Position numbers and translations under genes: made by a program
Shown: piece after piece, positions 35,966 to 48,567 of the stretch
How positions within the stretch are numbered: the first letter of the stretch is position 1
Layout of the letters: the number at the start of each line of letters is the position of its first letter
Notes under the pieces: generated by a model
The model's database searches: none
Told to the model about the DNA's origin: nothing
Seen by the model: the letters and a program-made list of their open reading frames with translations, nothing else
NCBI GenBank assembly: GCA_951406725.2
Contig: OX597833.1
Span: 56,792,001 to 56,856,000, forward strand
Origin: Octopus vulgaris
Taxonomy: Eukaryota
DNA length: 64,000 nt
Direction: 5' to 3'

Positions 35966-36316
35966 TGCTTACCAACCACATGGTTCCGGGTTCAGTCCCA
36001 CTGCATGGCACCTTGGGCAAGTGTCTTCTACTATAGCCTCAGGCTGACCAAAGCCTTGTGAATGGATTTGGTAGATAGAAACTAAAAGAAGCCCGTCATA
36101 TATATGTATGTATGTATATGTTTGTGTGCCTGTGTTTGACCCCCCACCACCACCATCACTTGGCAACTGATGTTGGTGTGTTTATGTCCCCGTAACTTAG
36201 CAGTTCGACAAAAGAAACTGATAGAGCAAGTACTAGGCTTACAAAGAATAAGTCCTGGGATTGATTTGTTTGACTAAAAGTGGTGCTCCGGCACTGAAAC
36301 AAATAAATGAATAAAA
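35966..36316 (+). mobile_element. Family A SINE, 5'-truncated
   Basis: Begins at GCTTACCAACCACATGGTTCCGGGTTCAGTCCC and continues through the core and tail. Confidence 0.85.
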
Positions 36317-36790
36317 GAATACATATATATGTATATATGTATGTATGATATTTATCTTCATGCATTGCTCAGCCTATAGGCTCTGTTGTCTCCTAAACTT
36401 CAGCCAGGTCTTCTTGTACCTCCCTTACTAAGAGGGTCTCTGATAACTGTATAAAATTCTCTAAAATAGTTTCCTAAATACTGATAAAGCCACTCTGTTT
36501 GTGGTCTGTTTTTCTTTTGATGCTATGCTGTACACATATATACACATGAACATGCAGTCAGATAGCCTCAAACCAATGAAACAGCCTCTACGTGGTCTCT
36601 CTTAAATCACAGTCTAACACTTACAAAAAGATGAAGGGACATAATAAATTAGTCTGTGACTACAAACAATAAATGTACATCATTGCCACTCTCCCTGCTA
36701 TTTATCATTATCATTGCATAACATGGAAGATAGTTAGGAAGATGCTGTTATACTATTAGATATTTGGTGGCATGATAGATGTTGTGGAGA

Positions 36791-36839
<49 letters not shown>

Positions 36840-37329
36840 ACTTGCACATGCATGCGTGTTATTTTTGTGGTTAAACTCCAGGGAGAGTGGCAATGATGTA
36901 CATTTGTTGTTTGTAGTCACAGGGGAGGTTGTAGGGGCACATGGTGCTTTTCAAATTTCACTTCACAAAAACAAAATAGTTTGCTATTAACTCCTTACAA
37001 AATGCAACCATCACCATCGTTTCTATTAACTAACAATCTATCAATATCATCATCACAACAAAGTATTACAGTTTTCAATGTATGTCTGAATATTTTGAAA
37101 TATTATTTTCTGTTGTTTACAAATATGTATGTGTGTAGTATGTGTATCACAACTTTTGCCTCCTCTCCCTCCCCCCCTCTCTCTCACCTGTCTTGCTATT
37201 TGCTGTTATCTCCATGATCACAACAACAGCAAACAACAGTTCTCACTTTTCACAAACAAAACCTGCAGAATTTTCGCTAGTTTTGTTCATGCATAGTTAC
37301 TAAATTACCAAATGTAAACATTTTTTGCT

Positions 37330-37590
37330 TCATCCCAGGAAGGCAACCAGTTCTGATGCTGTTCTTTCCATTGCCCTCAAGCAGTGTATCCCTGAGCAAT
37401 ATCCTATCCCCACCAGACTGTTTGGTCTTTAGCTCTCTGTCTTAAATTATGGAAATATCTAGAAGTGTAACCCATTACCAAAACAGGTAAGCTATCCAAC
37501 TCTGCCATCTCTCAATCTTTCGCATCTCAAAAGTAATGGAAACAGTTAAAACATCTGATTTCTTCCTAATCTGATCTAGTGGAGACTTGT
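37330..37590 (+). mobile_element. Decayed CR1-type LINE RT N-terminal fragment
   Basis: Broken LKQCIPE...TRLF...WKY...PITK...ISKVMETV motifs. Confidence 0.55.
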
Positions 37591-37889
37591 TCTCCTGGAC
37601 CACACACACAATCACATTGACACCAATACACCTATGATGTGTATGTGTGCGTGTGTGTGTCTCTCTCTCAACAAGGTTTCCTCAGCAAGGCCAAAAACTA
37701 TTTTGCCCCTAATCAGTCACTGACCTTCTACAAAGTAAAACTAATATTGCAGCATTTTCACAACATATACTGAATCAAACTCTGTGTATAACTGACCATT
37801 TAACTTAACAATATTGATTTGTAAATATATTACCAAGAAAACCTCTTCTATTCTATGTTGTAATTAACTCCTTACAACATACAGATGAT

Positions 37890-38327
37890 ATAGAGCTCAC
37901 AGTGGCAGTGGAGAGAGCAAAGCCAGAGCTTTTTGAGTCGATCCCAATAGTCGAAGTTTGTCGTGTCATCCTCCGCAGATCTCTGCCAAGCAACTCATTT
38001 TAAAATAGATATGCGAATAAACTTTGGAAACAGCAACATCACCATAGGTTAGGTGGAAATGATGAACGTGTTTTCAAGGGAGATAATCAAAGAACGTAAC
38101 ATTGTAATACTTCATGGAAAGTAAATATAACAAATGAAAAATCCTTCAAGAATCCATAAAAATTCCCGGGTCACTACCAGAATTTCATCATTTGTTCCTC
38201 GTGTCATTACCAACATTTTCTGCAAGTTTCATCAAATACCATTCACAACTTTTTGAGTTATTTTGCACACAGATGGACAGCCGGACAAACCAATGCCGAT
38301 GAACACTTCCTTGGTGGAGGTAATTAT
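37890..38327 (+). mobile_element. Helentron/Helitron-associated non-autonomous element (HINE-like)
   Basis: AAGTTTCATCAAA...TTTTTGAGTTAT...GGACAG/GACA repeats and terminal CCTTGGTGGAGGTAAT, with complementary CTCTGCCAAGG near 37981. Confidence 0.55.
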
Positions 38328-39524
38328 TATTTGTTGCTCAATTCAAAGGCTGTTGAGCAGAAATAGGTGAATTGTAATTTGAAGGAAGTTCTTTCTTGTG
38401 TATTTACTGCCATGTGAATAGTGCCCCAACTTATTTTTTTCTCTTGGTGACAAAAGAAAACAACAAAAAAACAAAACAAAATGCTATGAGGGGGAAGCTA
38501 GGATTTGAAATAGAAACCTTATGGCTTCTAATTAGATGCTCATCTAGTACATGTAGCTTTTAGTATTAAGGGAAGAAATAAAGTAAAGGAAATTTATGTG
38601 AGTAAAGTTAAAATAAAGTGGTTCTTTAGAATGTAAGATAAGCAAAATCAAAATATATGTTCATTCATTATAGACACAGCCACAAGAGAATGAATAACTT
38701 TGCTGTGATTTTCTTTCAATGTTGAAACGGAAGTAAAGGTCAGGCAGGGTTGGAACTAGATGTTCTATGATTAAAAGCATCAATGGACTCTTTTATAACT
38801 AAGAATAGCAAAGTTGTTGTTTCGATTTTTGTTATTACTACTAGTGTCTTCTTTTCAAATGGCTCTTCTTCCCTTACAAATGCAAAGCAAAGGAAGAGTC
38901 AGATTAAATGAAAAAGACTTTTGTTCTTCATGTGGGATATAATGAGAAAAATCTACGGAATGTTTGAAGAACAAAAATACTTTAGTATTTATCAACAGAA
39001 GCAATGAAGAAACCATGTAGATGGAATTTAATTAATTAAACATCCAGCTAACGAAAACAGTTTAATTGAACCTAAATGTAACCAAAACAACCCTATTTTC
39101 TAAGTCACTATTCCTTTTACCTTTCTGACTTGGAATTTTTGTAGTTTATCTTTCTGTTTCACTTCCTTTTGCACTTTTTTTTTAATGGATATTTTCAAAT
39201 TTCTTAGCTTTTTTATATTTACTTTTGGAGCAAAATATTGTTCTTATTACCAAATCAATCAATTGGTCTGAGACTGGTACGTAACCAAAAGTTGGTGGGA
39301 TGTAACAAAATATTTCAGTTTATTAATAGGATTTCAAATAGATACTCAAACCACTCAGCTATCACTATTCCAATATTATGCTATCATTTGTTACTGATAT
39401 ATATGAGTGAGAATATATTAAGCAACACAGTCATCAATCAGCTAACAGTAACAGAATATTTAGTATTTTCATTGGCAAAAATGCACTTGAGAAAATATAT
39501 TTATCATTCATATTTCTACTATAA

Positions 39525-39915
39525 AAATGAACTAGGAGCAGAGGAGTGGCTGGTGAGAGCTGTACAAACCATGTACAGGGATGCTGTCAGTAAGGTGAGG
39601 GTTGGCAACGAGTATAGCGATGACTTCAGTGTACAAGTAGGAGTCCACCAAGGATCAGTCCTCATCCCCCTTTTGTTCATCATATTCCTCCAAGCAATGA
39701 CAGAGGAATTTAAGTCTGACTGCTCTTGGGAGCTCCTTTATGTTGATGACACTGTTCTTATAACTGAATCACAACCAGAACTGGAGAAAAAATTTCAGGA
39801 CTGGAAGCGAGGTCTGGAATCAAAGGACCTCAGAATTAATTTAGAAAAAGCCAAAGTCTCAATTAGTAGGAAAGCTGAGAAATCACATATCGCTTCAGGC
39901 TGATGGCCCTGTTCA
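39525..39915 (+). mobile_element. RTE LINE RT-core fragment
   Basis: LGAEEWLVRAVQTMYRDAVSKVRVG...GVHQGSVLIPLLFII...WELLYVDD. The ORF's N-terminal half (39238-39524) is unrelated read-through. Confidence 0.85.
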
Positions 39916-40155
39916 TACTTTTTCCATGTGTAAAGGGGGTCAAACAGAAATTGTTGAGACAGATTTTATAAAACTGGATGCCCTTCCTGTTGCCAACCCT
40001 CAGTTACTTTCAAATAAAGTAATATTTTCCCATGGTCCAACATCACATGATGCTGAGACAAGAAGACACATGTAGACATATATATGTATATACAAACACA
40101 CACGTACATTCACACACACACACATACATACATACACATACATACATACATGTAC

Positions 40156-40216
<61 letters not shown>

Positions 40217-40239
40217 TACATAAATACACACACACAAAG

Positions 40240-40390
40240 CAAGCTTCTTTAACCAAATCAACTCACAAAGCTTTTGCCAACTCAGGGCTGTAGTGAAAAG
40301 CACTTACCCACTGCCAAACAGTGGGACTGAATCTGAAAGCATGTGGTTGGAAAGCAAAAACATTTTATCCACACACAACCATGCCTATAA
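40240..40390 (-). mobile_element. Family A SINE 5' portion
   Basis: ACTCACAAAGCTTTTG...CAGTGGGACTGAATC...CCACACACAACCATGCCT. Confidence 0.65.
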
Positions 40391-40396
40391 ATATGC

Positions 40397-40430
<34 letters not shown>

Positions 40431-41426
40431 CAAGCAGTTGCAGTAGTAACAGCATCACTTAACCATAAGCGATGCTAGGATGCACACCACCAAAAATAAA
40501 CACTGAAAGACAAACAATTGCTGCTTATATGTGTCATGGTACTACTGAAATGGGGCTGGCCAAGGCTACAGTACAACTAAATTACTGTTTACAATAAATA
40601 CAGCAGTAAGCAGAGAACAATCATAAAGCACACAGCAAATAGGAACAATAGCCAGCAATAAAATCATCACTCAATTTACAAACAGATACCATCATATCTG
40701 TGCATCTGATGAGGTGATGGATGAATAAACATTAAATAGAAGAATAATGAAATGAGATTATATTACCAGTAATATGTTATCGATGTTTCTTTCTCTAATT
40801 TATTACCTATTGATATCTAGTATCTATAAATACTCTCCTAAACAGCTTTAAGCTTAGAAAATGCTGAATTAGATTTCTCTTCTGATTTCCCTTACAAATG
40901 TTCCTAACACAGTTTGTTCTTCTGCAAGTTATATTTTGACTTATTCCAGATTCAAAGATAAGATTTGCAAGTTTTAGTTCAAGTGAAGTGCTTAGTCCAG
41001 CACAAAATTACATCCCCTGAAATGTGACAGGCTATGTCTGATATAATGAAATATCATTATCACCATTATTATTATCATCCTCACTATTACTACTATCCTC
41101 CTCCTCCTTCTGTTTGGGTATTTTATCTGTTAAATTCATCATTTCATTCCCTTCTGCCCACTCTGGCCACTGACCCACTATCAACACTTCTCTCCACTTT
41201 TTACCCATCCCTCCTAACATGTGTGTGTGACATTCCTAACAGCTTCTCATGCCTCTACCTCATTCCCCAACACTGCACTTCATCACTCTGCCCACTGACT
41301 TATTATCTAAATGCCACTTACAACTATATCCCAGCCCCTCCCTCAATGATTTATTTTTTTTTTTTAAATATACTATCTATACCCTTCACACACAGGCACA
41401 CAGACACACATGCACACTCACACACA

Positions 41427-41493
<67 letters not shown>

Positions 41494-43117
41494 CAAATAT
41501 ACTACCTCAAAACATCAATTGAAAACATTTTTTGTCTTCCAGCTGTAAGGGCAGTTTCAAAACATCAGATTACCCTCATCCCACCCCACAACATAGAAAC
41601 TTTTCAAGCTCACTAACTTCACTAACTTCACTATAATCTTTACCTACAAAGACCACCTCCAGTTTTTTTTGTTTTTTTTTTCTAGGATAGGTTTTTCTAT
41701 ATTTTATTTAACATAAATCAAAAAGATTATACAGGATGATAGCCCAGTTTATCCTGCCTCATGAGTTTAAAAGCATGCAAAGATACACAAACAAATGTCT
41801 TACTGCTATTTTGAAAATAACATCATAAATGAAATTACCAAGTGATTTTTAAAATAAAGCAACTTTATTCACTTAATTTAGTAAAGCCACAGCATGAGAT
41901 TCATATGATTTTCATAACTTATTTATAGTTTGTTGGATTAAGAAAGTAAACTAAAAAAAATTATAAACAAGCATAGAGCTGCTCTAACTCTTCTAGATGA
42001 CATGTAACCAAAACACTAAATGCTATTTGACATTACAAGCATCAATTTAAGAAAGAAAACAAGTCGACTTATGGGACTTCAGTTATGTATATATTGCTTG
42101 CTAACTGAAGACATTACACAACAAAGTACATGCAGGTCAATCAAGCAAAACAATGAATAACAAAGATTTGTGAAAACTGGAAAGAAATGAAGCAAGCATG
42201 CTTTGCTAGGTGTGTAATGTTAGTGTGCATGAGTGACAAAGCACAAATGAGCTGAGAGAAAAACTGTATATAAAGAGTAATCAGATGGTGTCTATGAGAG
42301 AAAAGACTGTGCTAATATAGACATATTATGGATATGGAGGATGACGTTTGCTGTGACAATGGTGACAACAACAAGCATAACAACTTCTACTCTGTAACCT
42401 AGATACCTCCAAAGTCCCAGAAAGGTTCTTTACAACCAGTAGTGAACTTTGGTTTCATGATGTAAAAAAGATGAGAAATAATTTTCTACCCGGATAAGAT
42501 ACTCTTAATACTTGATGTTCTGGTGCCTGTTATTGACAGGTAGATGAAGAGGTGCAATGCAGAATAAAATGCTCTGCCAGAAATAGTGAAAAATTCTCAT
42601 AGGGTGAACATATGAATTGGTAGTCCAAACTGTCTCAATTTCTCTGCATGTAGCCTATGTCCAGGTCTGACAAATTACTCACAAAATACAATAAACAACT
42701 GTTTTAAAGCAATATAATACCATTTGATTACATTTTAGAATGGATTCCTCACAGTAGTAATGTTATACATGAAAAATTTTTGTGGTTGCTTTAACTGACA
42801 AGCATAACTATCCCTCAAAGACCTAATAGTTCAGAAGTAAAAACACTGAATTTAAAACTTCTCAGTTTTAGCTTCAAGAATACATAAGGGATTGCTCTAA
42901 AGAATGTGACTTTTTTTTTTTGAAAGAAATATAAAGAACAAAACATTATTTATTGTGGATGTATCTTAGTATAAATTCCAAGTGTAAAAAGCATCATAAG
43001 AAGGAAACTATCTCTTTTTTTATCTCTTTCTAGCTAATTACTGTGTAAGAGCAGGTTCAGAGAAGGCTTGCATTGTTCAACAACTCAAAGTAATCTCAAA
43101 ATTTTTAACAGAAATTT

Positions 43118-43190
<73 letters not shown>

Positions 43191-43867
43191 ATGAATAGAG
43201 TCTGTCAGCTTAAAACAACTAAACTATTGAAAGTTTTGTTTGAAGTTGTTATATATTATAGTCGTACCCCAAACCCTTTGCACTACACATCCACTCCCCA
43301 TCCCATTAAATATTGTATATCACAAGCTCCCAATTCTAAACATGACTAGACATCTTATTATGCATCATTTAATTGAGCCGAAATGTTTTATTTCGGAGAT
43401 GAGGCATCGCTCTTAATACCATGTTGCTGAGAAAAGATTAAATAGCAACAAGGCAGCAGCACAAACTACTTGCTAATTTGAAATATAATGTGAAGGCTAG
43501 GAGCTAGACTGATGTGCTGTTGAATTAAAAACACACCCCGACGCCCACTTTTTTCGACTTATTTGTTTCCTAATCTATTTTCTTTTGATGCATTTTTTTT
43601 TTGTTTGCTTTTGTGAAAAAAAAATTTTTTCGATTTTTCAGTTTTCTGTTTTCCCACTTTCTTAAAGGACAAGTAACCATTTATTATAAAATCAGTTTTG
43701 AATTAATGATGTGTATGTGTATGGAAGTAGGGGAGGGAAAAGGGAGAGACCGAACAGAAGCAAGCAGCAAGCAAAAAGGTAAGTTGAGAAAGTGAAAGGT
43801 ATCACAACCAGGTAGAAAGCACATGGAGTGCTAGGCAGAGAAAGTTACAGGCAAAGGTATGGGTCAC

Positions 43868-44270
43868 ATAGGTGCAGGTATGGCTATGTAGTTAAGAAGC
43901 TCATTTTGCAACCATGTGGTCTGAGGTTCAATCCCACAGCACAGCCCTCTGGGCAAGTGTCCTGTAGTAGAGCCCAGAGCCAACCAATCAAAGTCTTGTC
44001 AGTGAATTCAGTAGATGGAAACTGTGTTGAAGCCCACCATGTGTGTATATTGTATACCCCCATACCACCACCACTGCTTGACACCTGGTGTTGGTTTGTT
44101 TACGTCCTTGTAACTTAGCAGTTCAGCAATAGTGCCTGATAGAATAAGAACCAGACTTTTTTTTTTAAATCAGTGCCAGGGTTGATTTGTTTGATTAATT
44201 TCCTTCGGGATACTGCCCCAGCATGGCCACAGCACAATAAGTGAGTCAAATAAAAGATAGAAGATAAGAT
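43868..44270 (+). mobile_element. Diverged family A SINE
   Basis: Degenerate head, GGGCAAGTGTC core and GTCCTTGTAACTTAGCAGTTC...CAGCATGGCCACAG tail. Confidence 0.75.
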
Positions 44271-44499
44271 AAAAGAAACAGAAAAAGGGAATAACACAAA
44301 AGTTGTTACTAAAAAGGGGTGATTTACCAATATTGCTGAATATATTTATTAACAAAAAAGGCAGAACTTTACTAAGTTAGGTGACATAGGCAAAACAGTG
44401 ATATAAAATCCAATGGGTGCACTTGGAGGCCATTTTAGTAGGCAAGTTAGCTGAGTTAGTAGTCACAATGGTATCATATACACTAATACACACTTAAGT

Positions 44500-44752
44500 A
44501 TACATACTCCATTACACATATACCACTTCTCATATGTGACCGCGTGTGTACCATTGGCGATTTTTTTTCCTCTGTCTTCCCTTCTCTGGATCTTTCCTTC
44601 TCCTATGTTTCTGATGAAGAGCTCCGCTCGAAACGTTAAACCCTCCTTCTTTCCTTCTTTCCTGAGCATCCAATAATACTATATTTGTTCCACATCCTCG
44701 CGTTGTTGTGTTTTTTTGTGCTTTCATGTTTGGATTAACTATATATATATAT
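44500..44752 (+). mobile_element. Penelope-like pseudo-LTR / non-autonomous element carrying a hammerhead, ending in (TA)n
   Basis: Pyrimidine-rich body containing the hammerhead. Shares TTCCTGAGC and T-rich downstream motifs with 58163-58360. The 5' boundary is approximate. Confidence 0.55.
44607..44641 (+). ncRNA. Minimal type I hammerhead ribozyme (Penelope-like element type)
   Basis: GTTT-CTGATGA-A-GAGC(tcc)GCTC-GAAA-CGTT-AAAC. Intact core, 4-bp stems I and II, palindromic ACGT stem III, predicted GUU cleavage after 44637. Confidence 0.75.
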
Positions 44753-44966
44753 GTCACTACATATGCAAGGACAGACTCACACTACACATACTCTATCATA
44801 CACACAACTGCATATACCACAATACATGCACCACTACAACACTCACATCACCATAAGACAAGTGTATATGAGAGAGCATACAATCAATCGGGATTCAGTT
44901 TGCCTCCTAAAATGACCAGTGCTCTGTTCCAGCACATCCTTATCTAAATTGAGCATTACTATTTAG

Positions 44967-46241
44967 CAAACTTGGGTACCAAACTGTTAATTATCAATTA
45001 ATGAAGTCAACATTTTCGTTAACAATCTAACTTTTAAGTTAACTCTGGAAATCATTATTGGACTAATTAACTTCCGTTAATTCAAGTTTGCTTGAGTTTT
45101 AACTTCCATTAGCACAAGTTACTGCAATGATCTTTAGGCTCAAGTCAAAGGGCCTTGTCTACTGCAGCCCCTTGGTCAACACACTTTTGGCAGGCATTGA
45201 CAAAAGGTTTAGGACCCTCCTGGAAGATGAAGAATGCCAGATGGCTGCTGCCTTCCACCTCATGTTTTGCTTCATCTTGTTGAAGTATGACAACACCAAG
45301 ATTACCAAGGTGAGGAAAAGCACAGAGGGTAAGGTTGAGGAGGCCATGGGACAGCAGTCTGACAAAGTGAGCAGCAACAGTGAAGGCAGCAACAGCAAAG
45401 AGGAGAAGGATGACTTCTTCAGTGGTGTCACCCAGCCAAAAGAAAGCAGCAGGAGCCACAGATCACTCAAGGACAAGGCCCAGAATTTGATCAAGACTTG
45501 GTTGGAGACCGACTCCAAGGACTTGCTGGCAGATGCTGCTTTCTTGAGTGAGCAAGTGTTGGCGGACTTGTTCATCAAGTTCAGCACAGCCATCCCCTCT
45601 AGTGCTGCAGTGAAGCATTTGTTCTCTATAGGCAAGGACATCATGAGGGCCAAGAGATCATCCTTCTCTGATGGAAACATTGACATGCTAGTTTTCATGA
45701 AGGGCAACATGTATCTCATGAACAAAATGGAGAATGAGAAGAAAAATTAAATTATATATATATATATCATGTTTTTAATTTTTTATTTCTATCTTTTTAC
45801 AGCCACTTTATCAATAAACTTTTTAGTTTAAAACTAATATTGTTTCATTTGAGTTTTTTTTTTTTTTTTTTACCCTTTTCTGGTTCTAAAATCCTTTAGA
45901 AACCTAAAATGGGGCCAAAAAAGGGACCTAAAATCAGCCTTGTTTTAGGTCTTTTAAAAGTTAAAACTTCAAAATCAGCATTTTTTAACTCTAAAGCAAA
46001 AAAAGAAATTATAGTTTTTGGGTTCTAAAGCTCTTAAAAAGACCCAAAAAGGCCGATTTTTATAGTTTTGGCACTTTTTGAAGGTGTTTTAGGTGGTTTT
46101 AGAGCAAAAACTGATTTTTTTGTTATTTCTATGATAAAAATTCATGTTAACGGTTTATCCATAACTTCCATTACAATTTTACAGATTTAACTGATTAATG
46201 GTTATCAAAGTTAACTTTTCGATTAAGGGTGCCCAGCTTTG
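44967..46241 (+). mobile_element. Internally deleted hAT DNA transposon (1275 bp)
   Basis: 8-bp TSD CTATTTAG at 44959-44966 and 46242-46249. Imperfect TIRs CAAACTTGGGTACC / GGTGCCCAGCTTTG, repeated GTTAA(C) subterminal motifs and an internal transposase C-terminus. Confidence 0.9.
45127..45750 (+). pseudogene. hAT transposase C-terminal fragment (dimerisation domain), catalytic Glu lost
   Basis: LFIKFSTAIPSSAAVKHLFSIGKDIMRAKRSSFSDGNIDMLVFMK matches the hAT P-S-S-A-x-x-E-R-L-F-S...R-S-x-L-S-D motif, with ER replaced by KH at 45613-45618. Confidence 0.85.
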
Positions 46242-46764
46242 CTATTTAGACACTAGAAAAAGGTAGCTGGTGAAAAATTAAAAAGGGTGATACAAAGTTG
46301 GAATGAGAGAGTGAGAGGAGCAGCAAATGAATAAGGGAAGGAGAGAGAGAGAGGGAGAGAGAAGGAGTTGGAATGGTTGCCTTTACATCAAATCCTTTGA
46401 ATTAAATTACCAGACAGGAGTGGTGGGGGGTGAAGTGGGAAATATTTCTGAACTTTGTATGTTTGTATGTTTCTTACTTTTCTATTTTTATTACAACTAT
46501 GATACACTCCCATGGACACATCAGCATGGCTATACATGAGTGGGGCATCCAACAAAAATCTTTCATCAGCAAGGGATGTTGCCCAGCTGACTCCTTCAAC
46601 ACCCTGCAGGAATCATGATGGGTGGTAATCATTAAGTTGCACAAATCTGAGCATGCTAAACTAGCTGACTGTAATCTTAACTTTGTTTTTGTTTATACTT
46701 TAAAAACTTTACATTATTGATATATTAGAGGAAAAGCAAGGAAAGATGGAAAGAATATGTTGGG

Positions 46765-47237
46765 AATTTATCAACATGAATACATAGCAACCATATAAAA
46801 CCCTAGTTGCTTTATATTTAAAATTGAATAATAAAGAAAAAACGTTGATACATACTATTATTAATTGTATTACAATCATCAATTTAATTGTACAAAATTG
46901 TTTTGTGTGAATGAAGGTCTTACTAAAAATATTTTTTAGCTGCTATCAGCCAAATGATGAAATCAAAACTTCAAGATCCTAACCACTACTTTCCTTCAAA
47001 TTTATCAACATGAATACATAGCAACCATATAAAACCCTAGTTGCTTTATATTTAAAATTGAATAATAAAGAAAAAACGTTGATACATACTATTATTAATT
47101 GTATTACAATCATCAATTTAATTGTACAAAATTGTTTTGTGTGAATGAAGGTCTTACTAAAAATATTTTTTAGCTGCTATCAGCCAAATGATGAAATCAA
47201 AACTTCAAAATCCTAACCACTACTTTCCTTCAAATTT
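46765..47237. repeat. Near-perfect 234-bp tandem duplication
   Basis: 46765-46998 repeats as 46999-47232 with one difference seen (G46975/A47209). AATTT is present at all three boundaries. Confidence 0.95.
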
Positions 47238-48239
47238 CCAAGTATTACAGGGGAGTGAGGTTAAAGAGGCAAACATTACAGTAATGATAAAAGAAAGCTA
47301 GATTACATGAATGTTTAAACCTAGAGAGATATAGGAGAATAATTCCAAAGTAGGACAACTTCTAGCTTTACATATGAAGATAAGAATTGCTTTAGGTAAA
47401 AAAATTTATCTTCTGAACAAGTTTCATCAGGTCAGATTCTTTTATGTACTTTCCAGAAAAGAAACAAAATATAATCTGAATGATTAACTGATAGATAATC
47501 TTTCAACTTGATTTTTCAACCATGCAAAGAAAGTTAGTATTTTAAAATAAGTTAATTATTAGTAGACGTCCAGAGAGTTTCATTATGCAATAAAGTACTA
47601 AGAAATGTATCATTAGATTTCCAAAGTTAATGGTTGCAATATTTTTTCAGAGATGGGTGTGGTTTGTCTGGTTCCAACTAAATGACCATAAACAGCACTC
47701 TCTTTACACAGACATAACACACATTTTAGGTCACTTGATAGCGAAGGCCATACCAACTAACAACATCTAGTTATTGGTCTGTGATATTTCTAAAACCACT
47801 ACAAAATGTTTCTATTCCCCTTAAAAAAATTTAACTACTCAGTATTCTCACTTGATACTGTCCTTTGTTTTCATTCTCACAGACACTAATTTAAAACTCT
47901 TTTGATACCAACTTGCCAGAGTCTGCTCCTAGTTCTATGATGCAAACTTGCTGTCTCAAAGTGATCTTAACTAAAAAATCTTCCATTAACTTTTCATATA
48001 TATTTATTCCAAACACCAGCAATGTAGACAACTCTATAAAGAAGCACAAATCACTCAAAGTGGATAGAACTTATGGAAGAGAGAGAGACCCAGAGAAAAA
48101 TGGGACAATGTACTGAAGAGCAATCTTAGGACACTGAACCTTATGGAGAAAATGATAAAGGACTGAGATATCTGGCACCTTGCTATACTCAAGAAGATCT
48201 TCCCTCAACAGCAAAAGTGTTAATGTTGCTCCCCCTGCT

Positions 48240-48567
48240 GAAGAGGATTGGCTTGCAAGAGCCTTGTGGAAGTGCCATGTAAAAGGCGCCTGTGTTGGCA
48301 CAATGCAGGAAGCACTTGTGCTGGCATCACATAATGGTACTCATGCTGGCACCATATAAAAGCACCCATGCCAGTGCCACAAAAAAGCACCCAGAACACA
48401 CTTTGTAAAGTGGTTGGCATTAAGAAAGGCATCCAGGTGTAGAAACCAAGCCAAACCAGACTGGAACCTAGTGCAACTCTCCTACTTGCCAGCTCTGATC
48501 AAACTCTCCAACTCATGCCAGCATGGAAAGCAGACACTAAATGATGATGACAATGATGATGATGATG
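48240..48567 (+). mobile_element. RTE-family 3' end with (GAT)n tail (related ends at 1-40, 3772-3803, 8763-8960, 39917-40040 and 57180-57520)
   Basis: AAAGTGGTTGGCATTAAGAAAGGCATCCAG...CATGCCAGCATGGAAAGCAGACACTAAATGATGATG. The window itself starts with the same end (AAAACGGACGTTAAACGATGATG). Confidence 0.7.

Noticed and set aside
37433-37486. 54-nt exon candidate ending in CAG|GTAAGC
   Set aside because: Stops in all three frames, and it lies within a decayed CR1 fragment.
39238-39903. 221-aa ORF as a host gene
   Set aside because: The C-terminal half is RTE reverse transcriptase; the N-terminal half is AT-rich read-through starting at TTG.
39525-40040. Twin-priming inversion of an RTE element
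   Set aside because: The inverted 3' segment has its tail end at the junction, the wrong geometry; more likely two separate fragments.
43770-43785. Perfect AAG|GTAAGT donor
   Set aside because: Embedded in purine-rich low-complexity sequence with no convincing acceptor or exon upstream.
45145-45725. Antisense ORFs of 104 and 188 aa
   Set aside because: Shadows of the GC-richer hAT transposase fragment.
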